A model generated the notes under the pieces. The model saw only the letters and a list, made by a program, of their open reading frames with translations, was not told the DNA's origin and did not search any database. From Gaiellales bacterium (GTDB taxonomy: Bacteria > Actinomycetota > Thermoleophilia > Gaiellales > JAICJC01), in NCBI GenBank assembly GCA_033856975.1, contig JAWVEC010000041.1, positions 1 through 35,159 on the forward strand: 35,159 nt of DNA, read 5' to 3'. Of this stretch, positions 1 to 8,158 are shown in pieces (the stretch's first letter is position 1; each line of letters starts with the position of its first letter). The position numbers and the translations under genes were made by a program.

Positions 1-2
1 GG

Positions 3-887
3 AAGGGTCTGGCACGCGGTTTCAAGAGAGTGGAGCGAGCCGCCCAGTCCCGCAGTGCGGGTGAGCTCACCGTGGGCGCGGTCGGGCTGCTGGTCGGACT
101 GCTCGTCTCGGCGCTGCTGTACCTGCCGGTGCACGCGCTGCCGTACATCGGCAGCTGGGTGCTGCTGCCGATGGTGCTGGTGCTGAGCTATCTGTTCGCC
201 TTCACCGCCGCCAAGAAGCATCGCGGCATCCTGCGACTGGTCGGCGTGCACTCGCTGGGCGATGCGGACGCCGTGCCGGGTCCGGCCGGCGGTTCGACGC
301 TGGTCGACACCAGCGCCATCATCGACGGCCGGATCGCCGACATCGTGCGCACCGGCTTCCTGGGTGGCGAGCTGGTGGTGCCCGAGTTCGTGCTCAAGGA
401 GCTGCAGCAGGTGGCCGACTCGGCCGATCCGCTCAAGCGCGCCCGCGGCCGGCGCGGACTGCAGGTGGTGCAGGACCTGCGCAGCGACGTCGCCGTCGCC
501 ACGCCCGACGTCGACTACCCGCACGTGGCCGACGTGGATGCCAAGCTGCTGAAGCTGGCGAAGGACAGGGGCATGGCCATCCTGACCACCGACTTCAACC
601 TCAACCGGCTGGCGCAGATCCAGGACGTCCAGGTGCTGAACGTGAACGACCTGGCGAACGCGCTCAAGCCGGCCGTGCTGCCCGGTGAGCGACTCGACGT
701 GCTGCTCTTGAAGGAGGGCAAGGAGTCGAACCAGGGTGTCGGCTACCTCGACGACGGCACCATGGTGGTCGTCGAGCGCGCCCGCGAGCGGATCGGCGAG
801 ACGCTCGGTGTGCAGGTGACCTCGGTGCTGCAGCAGCCATCCGGCAAGATCATCTTCACCAAGATCGCCGCCGACGGCGACTCGTAG
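3..887 (+). CDS. yacL: PIN/TRAM-domain membrane protein (YacL family); 5' end probably outside the window
   Basis: The frame is open from the window edge, with no stop between nt 3 and the GTG at 30. Two N-terminal hydrophobic helices are followed by a PIN-like core (LVDTSAIIDGRIADIVRTGFLGGELVVPEFVLKELQ), an RGRRGL motif and a TRAM-like C-terminus (GYLDDGTMVVVE...VTSVLQ). It is colinear with B. subtilis YacL as I recall it, and lies directly upstream of ispD as in Bacillus. Confidence 0.85.
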   Translation, partial: KGLARGFKRVERAAQSRSAGELTVGAVGLLVGLLVSALLYLPVHALPYIGSWVLLPMVLVLSYLFAFTAAKKHRGILRLVGVHSLGDADAVPGPAGGSTLVDTSAIIDGRIADIVRTGFLGGELVVPEFVLKELQQVADSADPLKRARGRRGLQVVQDLRSDVAVATPDVDYPHVADVDAKLLKLAKDRGMAILTTDFNLNRLAQIQDVQVLNVNDLANALKPAVLPGERLDVLLLKEGKESNQGVGYLDDGTMVVVERARERIGETLGVQVTSVLQQPSGKIIFTKIAADGDS

Positions 888-897
888 GCTTGCCAGG

Positions 898-1674
898 TTG
901 AAACCGAAAGGCGAGCCTCGCCAGGAGCAAGGGACGCACAGTGCTCGGCACGGGCCGACCGCAGCGACACAGCGAGGCGACGCTCTGCAGGCTTCAACCC
1001 TGCTGCGAACGTGGGCGATCGTGGTGGCGGCCGGCGATGGTGTTCGATTGGGCGCCGATCGGCCAAAGGCGTTCGTCAAGCTGGGGGGCCGCGTGCTGCT
1101 GTCGCACTCCGTGGAGCTGATGGACGAGCATCCGGCGGTGGATGGGGTGGTGCTGGTGGTGCCGGAGGGCTGGGAGGAGCCGGCCACACTGCTCGCCGAC
1201 GATCTGGTGGCCGGCAAGGTGGCGGCCGCCGTCGCGGGCGGCGCCACGCGCGCCGACTCGGTCGCGCGCGGGCTGGCCGAGGTGCCCGATGACGCCGACC
1301 TGATCCTGGTGCATGACGCCGCCCGTCCGTTTGCCTCGCCGGCGCTGGTGACGAGCGTGCTGGAGGCGCTGGCTCAGGCCGAGGGTGCCGTGCCCGGGAT
1401 GCCGCTGACCGATACCGTCAAGCGCGTGCAGGCCGGCCGCGTGGTGGAGACGTTGCAGCGATCGCAGCTGGTGGCGGTGCAGACGCCGCAGGCGTTCCAC
1501 GCCCAGGCGCTGCGCGAGGCGTACGCCGCGTCGCCGGACGCGCTCGCCGCAGCCACCGACTGCGCCTCGCTGCTGGAGGCGGCGGGGAGGACGGTGGCGG
1601 TCGTGGCGGGCGAGCCCGGCAACATCAAGATCACCGATGCGGACGATCTGGCCGCGGCGGAGCGGCGATGCTGA
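898..1674 (+). CDS. ispD: 2-C-methyl-D-erythritol 4-phosphate cytidylyltransferase
   Basis: WAIVVAAGDGVRLGADRPKAFVKLGG (AAGxGxR loop), LVHDAARPF and VQTPQAF motifs. The start is uncertain: TTG 898 adds about 37 residues with visibly lower third-position GC, and no ATG/GTG/TTG lies in frame between 898 and GTG 1021. Confidence 0.9.
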   Translation: MKPKGEPRQEQGTHSARHGPTAATQRGDALQASTLLRTWAIVVAAGDGVRLGADRPKAFVKLGGRVLLSHSVELMDEHPAVDGVVLVVPEGWEEPATLLADDLVAGKVAAAVAGGATRADSVARGLAEVPDDADLILVHDAARPFASPALVTSVLEALAQAEGAVPGMPLTDTVKRVQAGRVVETLQRSQLVAVQTPQAFHAQALREAYAASPDALAAATDCASLLEAAGRTVAVVAGEPGNIKITDADDLAAAERRC

Positions 1675-2495
1675 CCGACTACCACATGCACCTGGTGGAT
1701 GACGGCGAGTCCTACGGCGACGAGGTGTTCACGATCGCCCATGTCGAGTCCTACGTCGAGTTCGCGCGCGCCGCGGGCATCGACGAGATCGGCTTCACCG
1801 ACCATGTCTACCGGTTTCGGCAGGCGCGCGGCTGGAGCGACGATCCGCTCTGGGTGGGCGACGCGGTGGCCGATCTGGATCGGTACCACGCCTGCCTGGT
1901 GCGGGCCCGCGACGCCGATCTGCCGGTCAAGGTGGGGCTCGAGGTCGACTACCTGGCGGGGCGTGAGGACGCGATCGCGGCCACCGTCGGACGCCTGCAG
2001 TGGGACTTCCTGCTCGGCTCGGTGCACTGGGTCGCCGGGCTGGCCGTCGACTGGGATGTGGCTCCGATCTGGGCCCGGTATCCGGTGGACGAGGTGTGGC
2101 GAATGTACGTCGACGACCTCTGCGCCGCCGCCGCCACCGGCATCTACGACAGCATGGCCCACCCCGATCTGGCCAAGGTGTTCGGCCACCGGCCGGCCCC
2201 CAAGCCGCGGGCGCTGTACGAGCAGATCGCTGACGCGTTCGCGGCGGCAGGCGTCTGCGCCGAGGTCTCGACCGCGGGCTTTGGTCGCGCGCTGGGTGAG
2301 CTCTACCCCGACCCCGATCTGCTCGTGATGCTGCACCGGCGCGGCGTGCCGGTGACGCTGGCTTCGGACGCCCACCGGCCCGAGCTGGTCGGCCACGCCT
2401 TTGACCGCGCCCTGGCCGTGCTGCGCGAGGTCGGCTACCGCACGATCACCGTCTTTCATCGCCGCGATCGACGGCAGGTGGCGTTCGATGGCTGA
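1668..2495 (+). CDS. PHP-domain phosphatase, HisJ (histidinol-phosphatase) family
   Basis: N-terminal DYHMH metal motif plus GLEVDY, GSVHW, AHPD and ASDAH, the pattern of HisJ-type PHP phosphatases. ATG 1668 overlaps the ispD stop (ATGCTGA). Confidence 0.8.
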   Translation: MLTDYHMHLVDDGESYGDEVFTIAHVESYVEFARAAGIDEIGFTDHVYRFRQARGWSDDPLWVGDAVADLDRYHACLVRARDADLPVKVGLEVDYLAGREDAIAATVGRLQWDFLLGSVHWVAGLAVDWDVAPIWARYPVDEVWRMYVDDLCAAAATGIYDSMAHPDLAKVFGHRPAPKPRALYEQIADAFAAAGVCAEVSTAGFGRALGELYPDPDLLVMLHRRGVPVTLASDAHRPELVGHAFDRALAVLREVGYRTITVFHRRDRRQVAFDG

Positions 2496-2994
2496 CGATC
2501 TCAGGGTCGGCATCGGCTTCGACGCGCACGCCTTCGCCGACGGCCGGCGGCTGGTGCTGGCCGGCGTCGAGGTGCAGCACACGCGCGGGCTGGCCGGGCA
2601 CTCGGACGCCGACCTGATCGCCCACGCCGTCACCGACGCGTTGCTGGGCGCCGCCGGCGGCGAGGACATCGGCGCCCTGTTCCCGTCCCATGATCCGTCG
2701 CTGGAGGGGGCGTCCAGCATCGAGCTGCTGGGCCGCACGTGGAACAGCCTGGCCGCGGCCGGGTGGAGCATCGTCAACGTCGATGCGATCGTGATCATGC
2801 AGGAGCCGCGCATCGCGCCCTACCGCGATCAGATGCGCGACGCCCTGGCCGCGGCACTGCTGGTGGGACGCGAGCGCGTCACGGTACGCGCCTCCACCAC
2901 CGACCACCTGGGCTTCGCGGGGCGCGGCGAGGGTGCCGCCTGCCAGGCGGTGGCGCTGCTTGCGAGGCCGGCGTCCGGCAACGCCGGCCGCTGA
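2488..2994 (+). CDS. ispF: 2-C-methyl-D-erythritol 2,4-cyclodiphosphate synthase
   Basis: MADDLRVGIGFDAHAF...GHSDADLIAHAVTDALLGA...VDAIVIMQEPRIAP are classic IspF motifs. ATG 2488 overlaps the upstream stop (ATGGCTGA). The track start at 2401 is only an in-frame upstream extension. Confidence 0.93.
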   Translation: MADDLRVGIGFDAHAFADGRRLVLAGVEVQHTRGLAGHSDADLIAHAVTDALLGAAGGEDIGALFPSHDPSLEGASSIELLGRTWNSLAAAGWSIVNVDAIVIMQEPRIAPYRDQMRDALAAALLVGRERVTVRASTTDHLGFAGRGEGAACQAVALLARPASGNAGR

Positions 2995-2996
2995 CG

Positions 2997-3683
2997 ATGG
3001 GCGTCGTCTCATTCGATCTCGACGGCACGCTGTGGGAGTTCGGGCCGATGATGGACGGCGCGCTGGCTTCGGCGATCGCCTCGCTTGAGCGCCATCACCC
3101 CGAGCTGTCGGGCCGGCTGTCGGTGGAGGAGCTGCACCGACACCGCGCCCTGGTCGCGTCGCAGATGCACGGCACGCTGGCCGAGCTGCGCCTGATCTCG
3201 ATGCGCCGTGCCCTCGCGGCCGTCGGCCGTGACGAGCCCGAGCTGGCGGCCTGGCTGTCCGACGAGCTGCTCCAGGCGCGTGCCGACGTGGTCGGCGTCC
3301 ACTCGGACGTGGAGCCGGTTGTGGACGGGCTGCTCGACCGTGGGCACCTGGTGGGCGCGATCACCAACGGCAACTTCCCGTTCCACCGCCTCGAGCTGGC
3401 GCGCCGATTCTCGTTCATCGTGCATGCCGAGGAGGTGGGCGAGCTGAAGCCGGCGGGGGCGCCGTTTGCCCGCGCGGTCGAACTGATCGGCCACGGACCG
3501 GAGCGGTTCGTGCACGTCGGGGACGAGATCGAGACGGATGTGCTGGGCGCACAGGCCTACGGCATGCGGGCGGTGTGGCTCAACCGCGGCGGCGAGCGGA
3601 CTCCGCCTGGGGTGTATCCGGATGCCGTGATCTCCTCGCTGGCGCCGCTACCGGATCTGGTCGATCGCCTGCTTGATGGTTGA
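2997..3683 (+). CDS. HAD-superfamily hydrolase (subfamily IA-like phosphatase)
   Basis: DxDxT motif at the N-terminus (SFDLDGTLWEF), GAITNGN, and HVGDEIETDVLGAQAYGMRAVWLNRGG. ATG 2997 is 2 nt after the ispF stop. The track start at 2739 overlaps ispF and is not credible. Confidence 0.85.
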   Translation: MGVVSFDLDGTLWEFGPMMDGALASAIASLERHHPELSGRLSVEELHRHRALVASQMHGTLAELRLISMRRALAAVGRDEPELAAWLSDELLQARADVVGVHSDVEPVVDGLLDRGHLVGAITNGNFPFHRLELARRFSFIVHAEEVGELKPAGAPFARAVELIGHGPERFVHVGDEIETDVLGAQAYGMRAVWLNRGGERTPPGVYPDAVISSLAPLPDLVDRLLDG

Positions 3684-4077
3684 TTCCATCGAGGACGTAG
3701 TTCTCCGCATCCGCCCGGCGAGCGGTACCGATGCGAGTGATCCGGTTCTTGCCGATCATGTGCGCATGAAGACTCGCATCGCCGTCGCAGCCAAGATCCG
3801 CCCCGGATTGCGCGTGCAGCTCGAGCAGATGCTGGCCGAAGGGCCGCCGTTCGATCTCGCCAACGCCGGATTCGAGAGCCACAGCATCTACATCGGCGAC
3901 GAGGACGTGTTCTTCCTGTTCGAGGGGGGATCGCCGATCTCGTCCGTCAGACGCCTGGCCGCCGAGACCAGCCTCATGGGCCATCTGCTACGGATGGCAA
4001 GTGTCGTCTCGTCGCCGCACCTGCTGTCCGAAGCGTTCGCCTGGGACGGTGTCGAAGCGCGTCCGTCCCCTGGCTGA
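3676..4077 (+). CDS. hypothetical small protein (no family recognised)
   Basis: ATG 3676 overlaps the HAD stop in the octamer ATGGTTGA, the same architecture as other coupled junctions here. Third-position GC is lower over the first ~30 codons and high from ATG 3766 onward (MKTRIAVAAKIRPG...), so 3766 is an alternative start. Confidence 0.55.
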   Translation: MVDSIEDVVLRIRPASGTDASDPVLADHVRMKTRIAVAAKIRPGLRVQLEQMLAEGPPFDLANAGFESHSIYIGDEDVFFLFEGGSPISSVRRLAAETSLMGHLLRMASVVSSPHLLSEAFAWDGVEARPSPG

Positions 4078-4094
4078 CCGCCAAATCACGTCAG

Positions 4095-4769
4095 ATGGGT
4101 GATAATCGCGAGATGCCGGACGCCGCTCTTCGCATCCTGCTGGTCGACGACCACGCGGTCGTCCGCGCCGGCCTGCGCCTGCTGCTCGAGGCCGTCGAGG
4201 GGTTCGAGGTGGTGGACGAGGCGGCCGATGCGCGAGACGCCGTGTTCAAGGCTCGCCGTCACAAGCCCGACGTGATCCTGCTGGACGTGTTGATGCCGGG
4301 CGTCAGCGGGGTGGAGGCGCTGGCGGAGCTGCGAGCGGAGGCGCCCGGCGCGAAGCTCCTGATGCTCTCGATGGAGGACGACGCGAGCTACGTGCGACGC
4401 GCGTTCGAGCAGGGCGCCGACGGCTACGTCGTCAAGGATGCGGCCGACGTCGAGCTGGTCGCCGCGGTACGCGAGGTGGCTGAGGGACGCCGCTACCTGC
4501 ACCCCCAGCTGGGCGCGCGTCTGATGCAGGCCGACATCGACGCCCGCGACCGGCTGGCCGCCGACCCGCTGTCCGAGCGCGAGCACTCCGTATTGCGGCT
4601 GCTGGCGCTTGGTCACACCAACCAGGAGATCGCAGGGGCGCTCTTCATCTCGGTCAGGACGGCCGAGACGCATCGCGCCCACATCATGCAGAAGCTCGAT
4701 CTCGCGTCGCGGGCCGATCTGGTGCGCTACGCGATCGAGAACGGCATGCTCGACACGAGCGGCGAGTGA
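4095..4769 (+). CDS. NarL/LuxR-family response regulator (REC + LuxR HTH)
   Basis: REC motifs ILLVDDHAVVRAGL, DVILLDVLMPG and GYVVKD. LuxR-type HTH: LSEREHSVLRLLALGHTNQEIAGALFISVRTAETHRAHIMQKL. ATG 4113 is an equally plausible start. Confidence 0.9.
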   Translation: MGDNREMPDAALRILLVDDHAVVRAGLRLLLEAVEGFEVVDEAADARDAVFKARRHKPDVILLDVLMPGVSGVEALAELRAEAPGAKLLMLSMEDDASYVRRAFEQGADGYVVKDAADVELVAAVREVAEGRRYLHPQLGARLMQADIDARDRLAADPLSEREHSVLRLLALGHTNQEIAGALFISVRTAETHRAHIMQKLDLASRADLVRYAIENGMLDTSGE

Positions 4770-4776
4770 GGCAGGA

Positions 4777-5418
4777 CTAAGCCGGCAGCTGCATGCGGCC
4801 GGTCGCGAGCGCGTATCTGACCAGCTCGGCGCGGCTCTTGACCCGAAGCTTCTGCATGATGTTGGCGCGCTGCGTCTCGGCGGTGCGGACGCTGATCGCG
4901 AGCTGCTCCGCGATCTCTCTGTTGGTGTGACCCAGCGCCAGCAGGGAGAACACCCGCTCTTCCCGCAGCGACAGGAGATCCTGCCGATGGCGATCTGCGT
5001 TCGCGGCATCGGCGGCCAGGCGTGCCTCCAAGGCCGGATCGACGTGGCGGCCGCCGCCCGCCACAGTGCGCACCGCGGTCACCAGCTGCAGGTGCGCGAC
5101 GTCCTTCAGGACGTACCCCGACGCGCCGCTGTCAAACGCCCGCCGGACGTAGCCGGGGTCGTCCTGCATCGAGAGCATCAGGATCGCCGAGTCCGTCTCC
5201 CGGCTGATCCGAAGCGCAGCATCGAGGCCGTTCAGGCGTGGCATGGTCACGTCCAGCAGCGCGACATCAGGGCGCAGCCGCACCGCCTCGGTGACGGCCT
5301 GTTCGCCGTCGACCGCCTCGGCCACCACCAGCATGTCGGGCTCGGCATCGAGCAACAGCCTGATGCCTGCTCGTACCAGGGCGTGGTCGTCTGCCAGAAG
5401 GATCGTGATCGGTTTCAT
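4777..5418 (-). CDS. NarL/LuxR-family response regulator, paralog of the preceding gene
   Basis: ILLADDHALVRAGI, DVALLDVTMPR, GYVLKD and LSLREERVFSLLALGHTNREIAEQLAISVRTAETQRANIMQKL. The track start (TTG 5430) adds ATA and TTA codons atypical for this genome, so ATG 5418 is preferred. Divergent from the GAF kinase gene. Confidence 0.9.
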   Translation of the reverse strand: MKPITILLADDHALVRAGIRLLLDAEPDMLVVAEAVDGEQAVTEAVRLRPDVALLDVTMPRLNGLDAALRISRETDSAILMLSMQDDPGYVRRAFDSGASGYVLKDVAHLQLVTAVRTVAGGGRHVDPALEARLAADAANADRHRQDLLSLREERVFSLLALGHTNREIAEQLAISVRTAETQRANIMQKLRVKSRAELVRYALATGRMQLPA

Positions 5419-5510
5419 CGGTAATATCAAGCATCGGCCGTCGCGGCAGTCGTCGCATCAGCAGCCTGCATCGGAGCAGTTTCGGATTACTACCGACCGG
5501 AGGCGGGTGG

Positions 5511-7187
5511 GTGGATCAGATAGAGGGCACCTCCGATCGTCTCCGGGCTCTGGTCGGAGCGGGCATGGCACTGACGTCGGAGCTCTCGCTGGACGCCCTG
5601 CTGCTGCGGCTGGTCGAGGTGGCGTCCGAGCTGACCGGCGCCCGCTACGCCGCGATCGGCGTCACCAATCAGGCCGGCACTGCGCTCGACCGCTTCATCA
5701 CCACCGGCATCGACGACGACCTGCGCCGGACGATCGGCGATCTGCCGCGCGGCCACGGCATCCTCGGCCTGCTGATCAGCGACCAGCACGCGCTGCGCCT
5801 TCACGATCTGACCGAGCATCCGGCATCGGTCGGGTTCCCTCCCGGCCATCCGCCGATGCGTTCGTTCCTGGGCGTGCCGGTGCAGCTGCGCGGCGTCGCC
5901 TTCGGCAACCTGTACCTGTGCGAGAAGCGGGGAGGGGCCGACTTCAGCGAGGAGGACGACGAGATCGTCTCGCTGCTTGCCGCACAGGCCGCAGTCGCGA
6001 TCGAGAACGCCCGCCTGTACGAGTCGGCGACGCACTGGCTGCGCCAGATCGAGACGCTGAACGAGGTCGGAAACGCGATGCTGGAGGAGGTCGACCTGCC
6101 GCGTCTGCTGGCGCTGGTGGCGCGCCGGTTGCGCGAGCTGATCGGCGCGCGGCTGGTGGTGATCTCGCTGCCGGTTGACTCCGGGGAGCTCCGCATCGAG
6201 GCCACCGACGGGGAGGGAGGTGAGAGCCTGGTCGGGCGCGCGCGCAGCCTCGATAGCACCAAGCTGGGGCGCGTGTTCTCGCGCCGCCGCAGCGAACGCG
6301 TCGACGCGCTGGTGGACGATCCCGAGGTCGACCGCGAGTCGGTGCTGCAGATCGCCGAGGCCACCGGCGTTCTGCCTCGCAGCGCGCTCTACGCGCCGCA
6401 CCTCAAGCGCGATCGCTCGGTCGGGCTGATCGCCGTGTACGACCGGGACGGCCCCGATCCCCGCTTCAGCGATGCCGACCAGCGGCTGTCAGAGACGTTC
6501 GCCGACCGGGCGGCCGTGGCCGTGGATCTCTCGCAGCGCGTGGCGCGCGACACGCTGCGGCGGATCGTGGCCGGCCAGGAGGCCGAGCGCAGCCGCATGG
6601 CCCGCGAGCTGCACGATCAGACCGGCCAGGCCCTGACCTCGATCCTGCTCGGGCTGCGTGCGATCGAGGATGCGAAGCCGGATCAGATCCGCGATCGGGT
6701 GGCGGGGTTGCGGGGGCTGGTGACCGAGGCGCTGCAGGACGTGCGTCGGCTGGCGGTCGACCTGCGGCCCAGCACGCTGGACGACTTTGGGGTGGTCACC
6801 GCGATCCAGCGGCTGTGCAGCGACGTGGCCGCGAAGTCGGGCATCTCGATCGACTTCCACGCTACCCGGGAGGGAGACCGCATGTCACGCGAGGTCGAGA
6901 GCTGTCTCTACCGGGTCGTCCAGGAGGCGCTGACCAACGTGATCAAGCACGCCGCCGCCGGCAACGTCAGCGTCCTGCTCGCACCCGGCGAGCGCGACCT
7001 GACGCTGATCGTGGAGGACGACGGGGTCGGTTTCGACCCGGCGACGGTCGACCGGGCGCGGCTGGGCCTGGTCGGCATGCGCGAGCGCGTGGCGCTGGTG
7101 GACGGCTCGCTGACGGTGGAGTCGGCCCCCGGCGGCGGCACGACGCTGCGCGTCACGGTGCCGCTGACAGCCCGCCCTGCCGAGTAG
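5511..7187 (+). CDS. Double-GAF sensor histidine kinase (HisKA_3 + HATPase_c), DosS/DosT (DevS)-like
   Basis: GAF-A segment PRGHGILGLLISDQHALRLHDLTEHPASVGFPPGHPPMRSFLGVPVQLRGVAFGNLYLCEK closely follows the M. tuberculosis DevS heme-pocket region as I recall it. A second GAF domain follows, then the H-box (MARELHDQTGQAL) and ATPase motifs (EALTNVIKHA, DDGVGF, GLVGMRERV). GGAGG lies 7 nt upstream of GTG 5511. Confidence 0.88.
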   Translation: MDQIEGTSDRLRALVGAGMALTSELSLDALLLRLVEVASELTGARYAAIGVTNQAGTALDRFITTGIDDDLRRTIGDLPRGHGILGLLISDQHALRLHDLTEHPASVGFPPGHPPMRSFLGVPVQLRGVAFGNLYLCEKRGGADFSEEDDEIVSLLAAQAAVAIENARLYESATHWLRQIETLNEVGNAMLEEVDLPRLLALVARRLRELIGARLVVISLPVDSGELRIEATDGEGGESLVGRARSLDSTKLGRVFSRRRSERVDALVDDPEVDRESVLQIAEATGVLPRSALYAPHLKRDRSVGLIAVYDRDGPDPRFSDADQRLSETFADRAAVAVDLSQRVARDTLRRIVAGQEAERSRMARELHDQTGQALTSILLGLRAIEDAKPDQIRDRVAGLRGLVTEALQDVRRLAVDLRPSTLDDFGVVTAIQRLCSDVAAKSGISIDFHATREGDRMSREVESCLYRVVQEALTNVIKHAAAGNVSVLLAPGERDLTLIVEDDGVGFDPATVDRARLGLVGMRERVALVDGSLTVESAPGGGTTLRVTVPLTARPAE

Positions 7188-7247
7188 GTGCGCGGGGCGG
7201 CGGCTCGACCGGCGTTCGCACGTTCGAGCTGACCTAAGGTTCTGAAC

Positions 7248-8144
7248 GTGACGTGGCATCGACTCTCGAACCTACCCTGGGACTCGCTCGGCATCGCGAT
7301 CGGCGCCGTGGTGGCGGCGCTGGTGATCGCGCGGCTGTCGCGCAGCGCCGCCGTCTGGCTGTCGGTGAGATACGAGCGGCGGCGAGCGGGCGACGAGACG
7401 GGATCACCGGCCGATACCGGCGCGCTGATCTCACTGAAGCGGTACGAGACGACCGTCTCGCTGATCCACACCACCATTCGCTCCATCGTGTTTGCGATCG
7501 CGTTCGGGGTGGTGCTGTACCAGCTGATCGGCCCCACCCGCTCGGCGACGCTGGCGGGAGCCTCGCTGCTGGTGCTGCTGATCGGCTTCTCCGCCCAGCG
7601 TTTCCTGACCGACATCATCGCCGGCGTCTTCATGTTCCTGGAGGGCTGGTTCGCGGTCGGTGACACGATCACGATCGAGCCCTGGGGGCTGGCGGGAGTG
7701 GTGGACGAGGTGTCGCTGCGCTCGACCACCCTGCGCTCGGTCACCGGCGAGACGATTCGCGTCCACAACTCCCAGATCCTCGCCACCCGGCGGTTGCCGA
7801 GGGGCGTCCGCGAGGCCGAGATCGAACTGTTCGTGAACGACGAGCCCGCCGGTCGCAGGCTGTTTGAGGAGGTCGCACCGGTGGTGCCTTTCGGCTCGAC
7901 CCGATTCGTGCGCCGGCCGGCCGTCCGAGACAGCGAGAGGCTCGATGAGCATCTCTACCGCATCACGGCCGTGGCGGCGGTGGCACACGGCCGCGAGTGG
8001 CTTGTCGATGGCTTCCTGCCCGACCTGCTGAAGGAGCGGGCCGAGCCGGGCCTGATCGTGCACGGGCCGGTGGTGATGTTCGTCGATGAGCAGGCCGTGA
8101 GCCGCTTCGCGCGCGCGGTGCCGCGCGTGCCGGTCAAGGGGTAG
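7248..8144 (+). CDS. Mechanosensitive ion channel, MscS family
   Basis: Three N-terminal hydrophobic helices followed by the MscS beta-domain signature FAVGDTITIEPWGLAGVVDEVSLRSTTLRSVTGETIRVHNSQI. Confidence 0.85.
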   Translation: MTWHRLSNLPWDSLGIAIGAVVAALVIARLSRSAAVWLSVRYERRRAGDETGSPADTGALISLKRYETTVSLIHTTIRSIVFAIAFGVVLYQLIGPTRSATLAGASLLVLLIGFSAQRFLTDIIAGVFMFLEGWFAVGDTITIEPWGLAGVVDEVSLRSTTLRSVTGETIRVHNSQILATRRLPRGVREAEIELFVNDEPAGRRLFEEVAPVVPFGSTRFVRRPAVRDSERLDEHLYRITAVAAVAHGREWLVDGFLPDLLKERAEPGLIVHGPVVMFVDEQAVSRFARAVPRVPVKG

Positions 8145-8158
8145 CGCTCAGGTGAAAT

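Noticed and set aside
1374-2813. 479-aa minus-strand ORF across ispD, PHP and ispF
   Set aside because: It is antisense to three well-supported genes. GC-bias artefact.
5419-5510. DosR-box-like operator, or AT-rich inverted elements (GGTAATAT / ATTACTACC), in the regulator-kinase divergent spacer
   Set aside because: There is no match to the DosR palindrome I remember. The AT-rich bits may be -10 elements, but the evidence is too thin to call.
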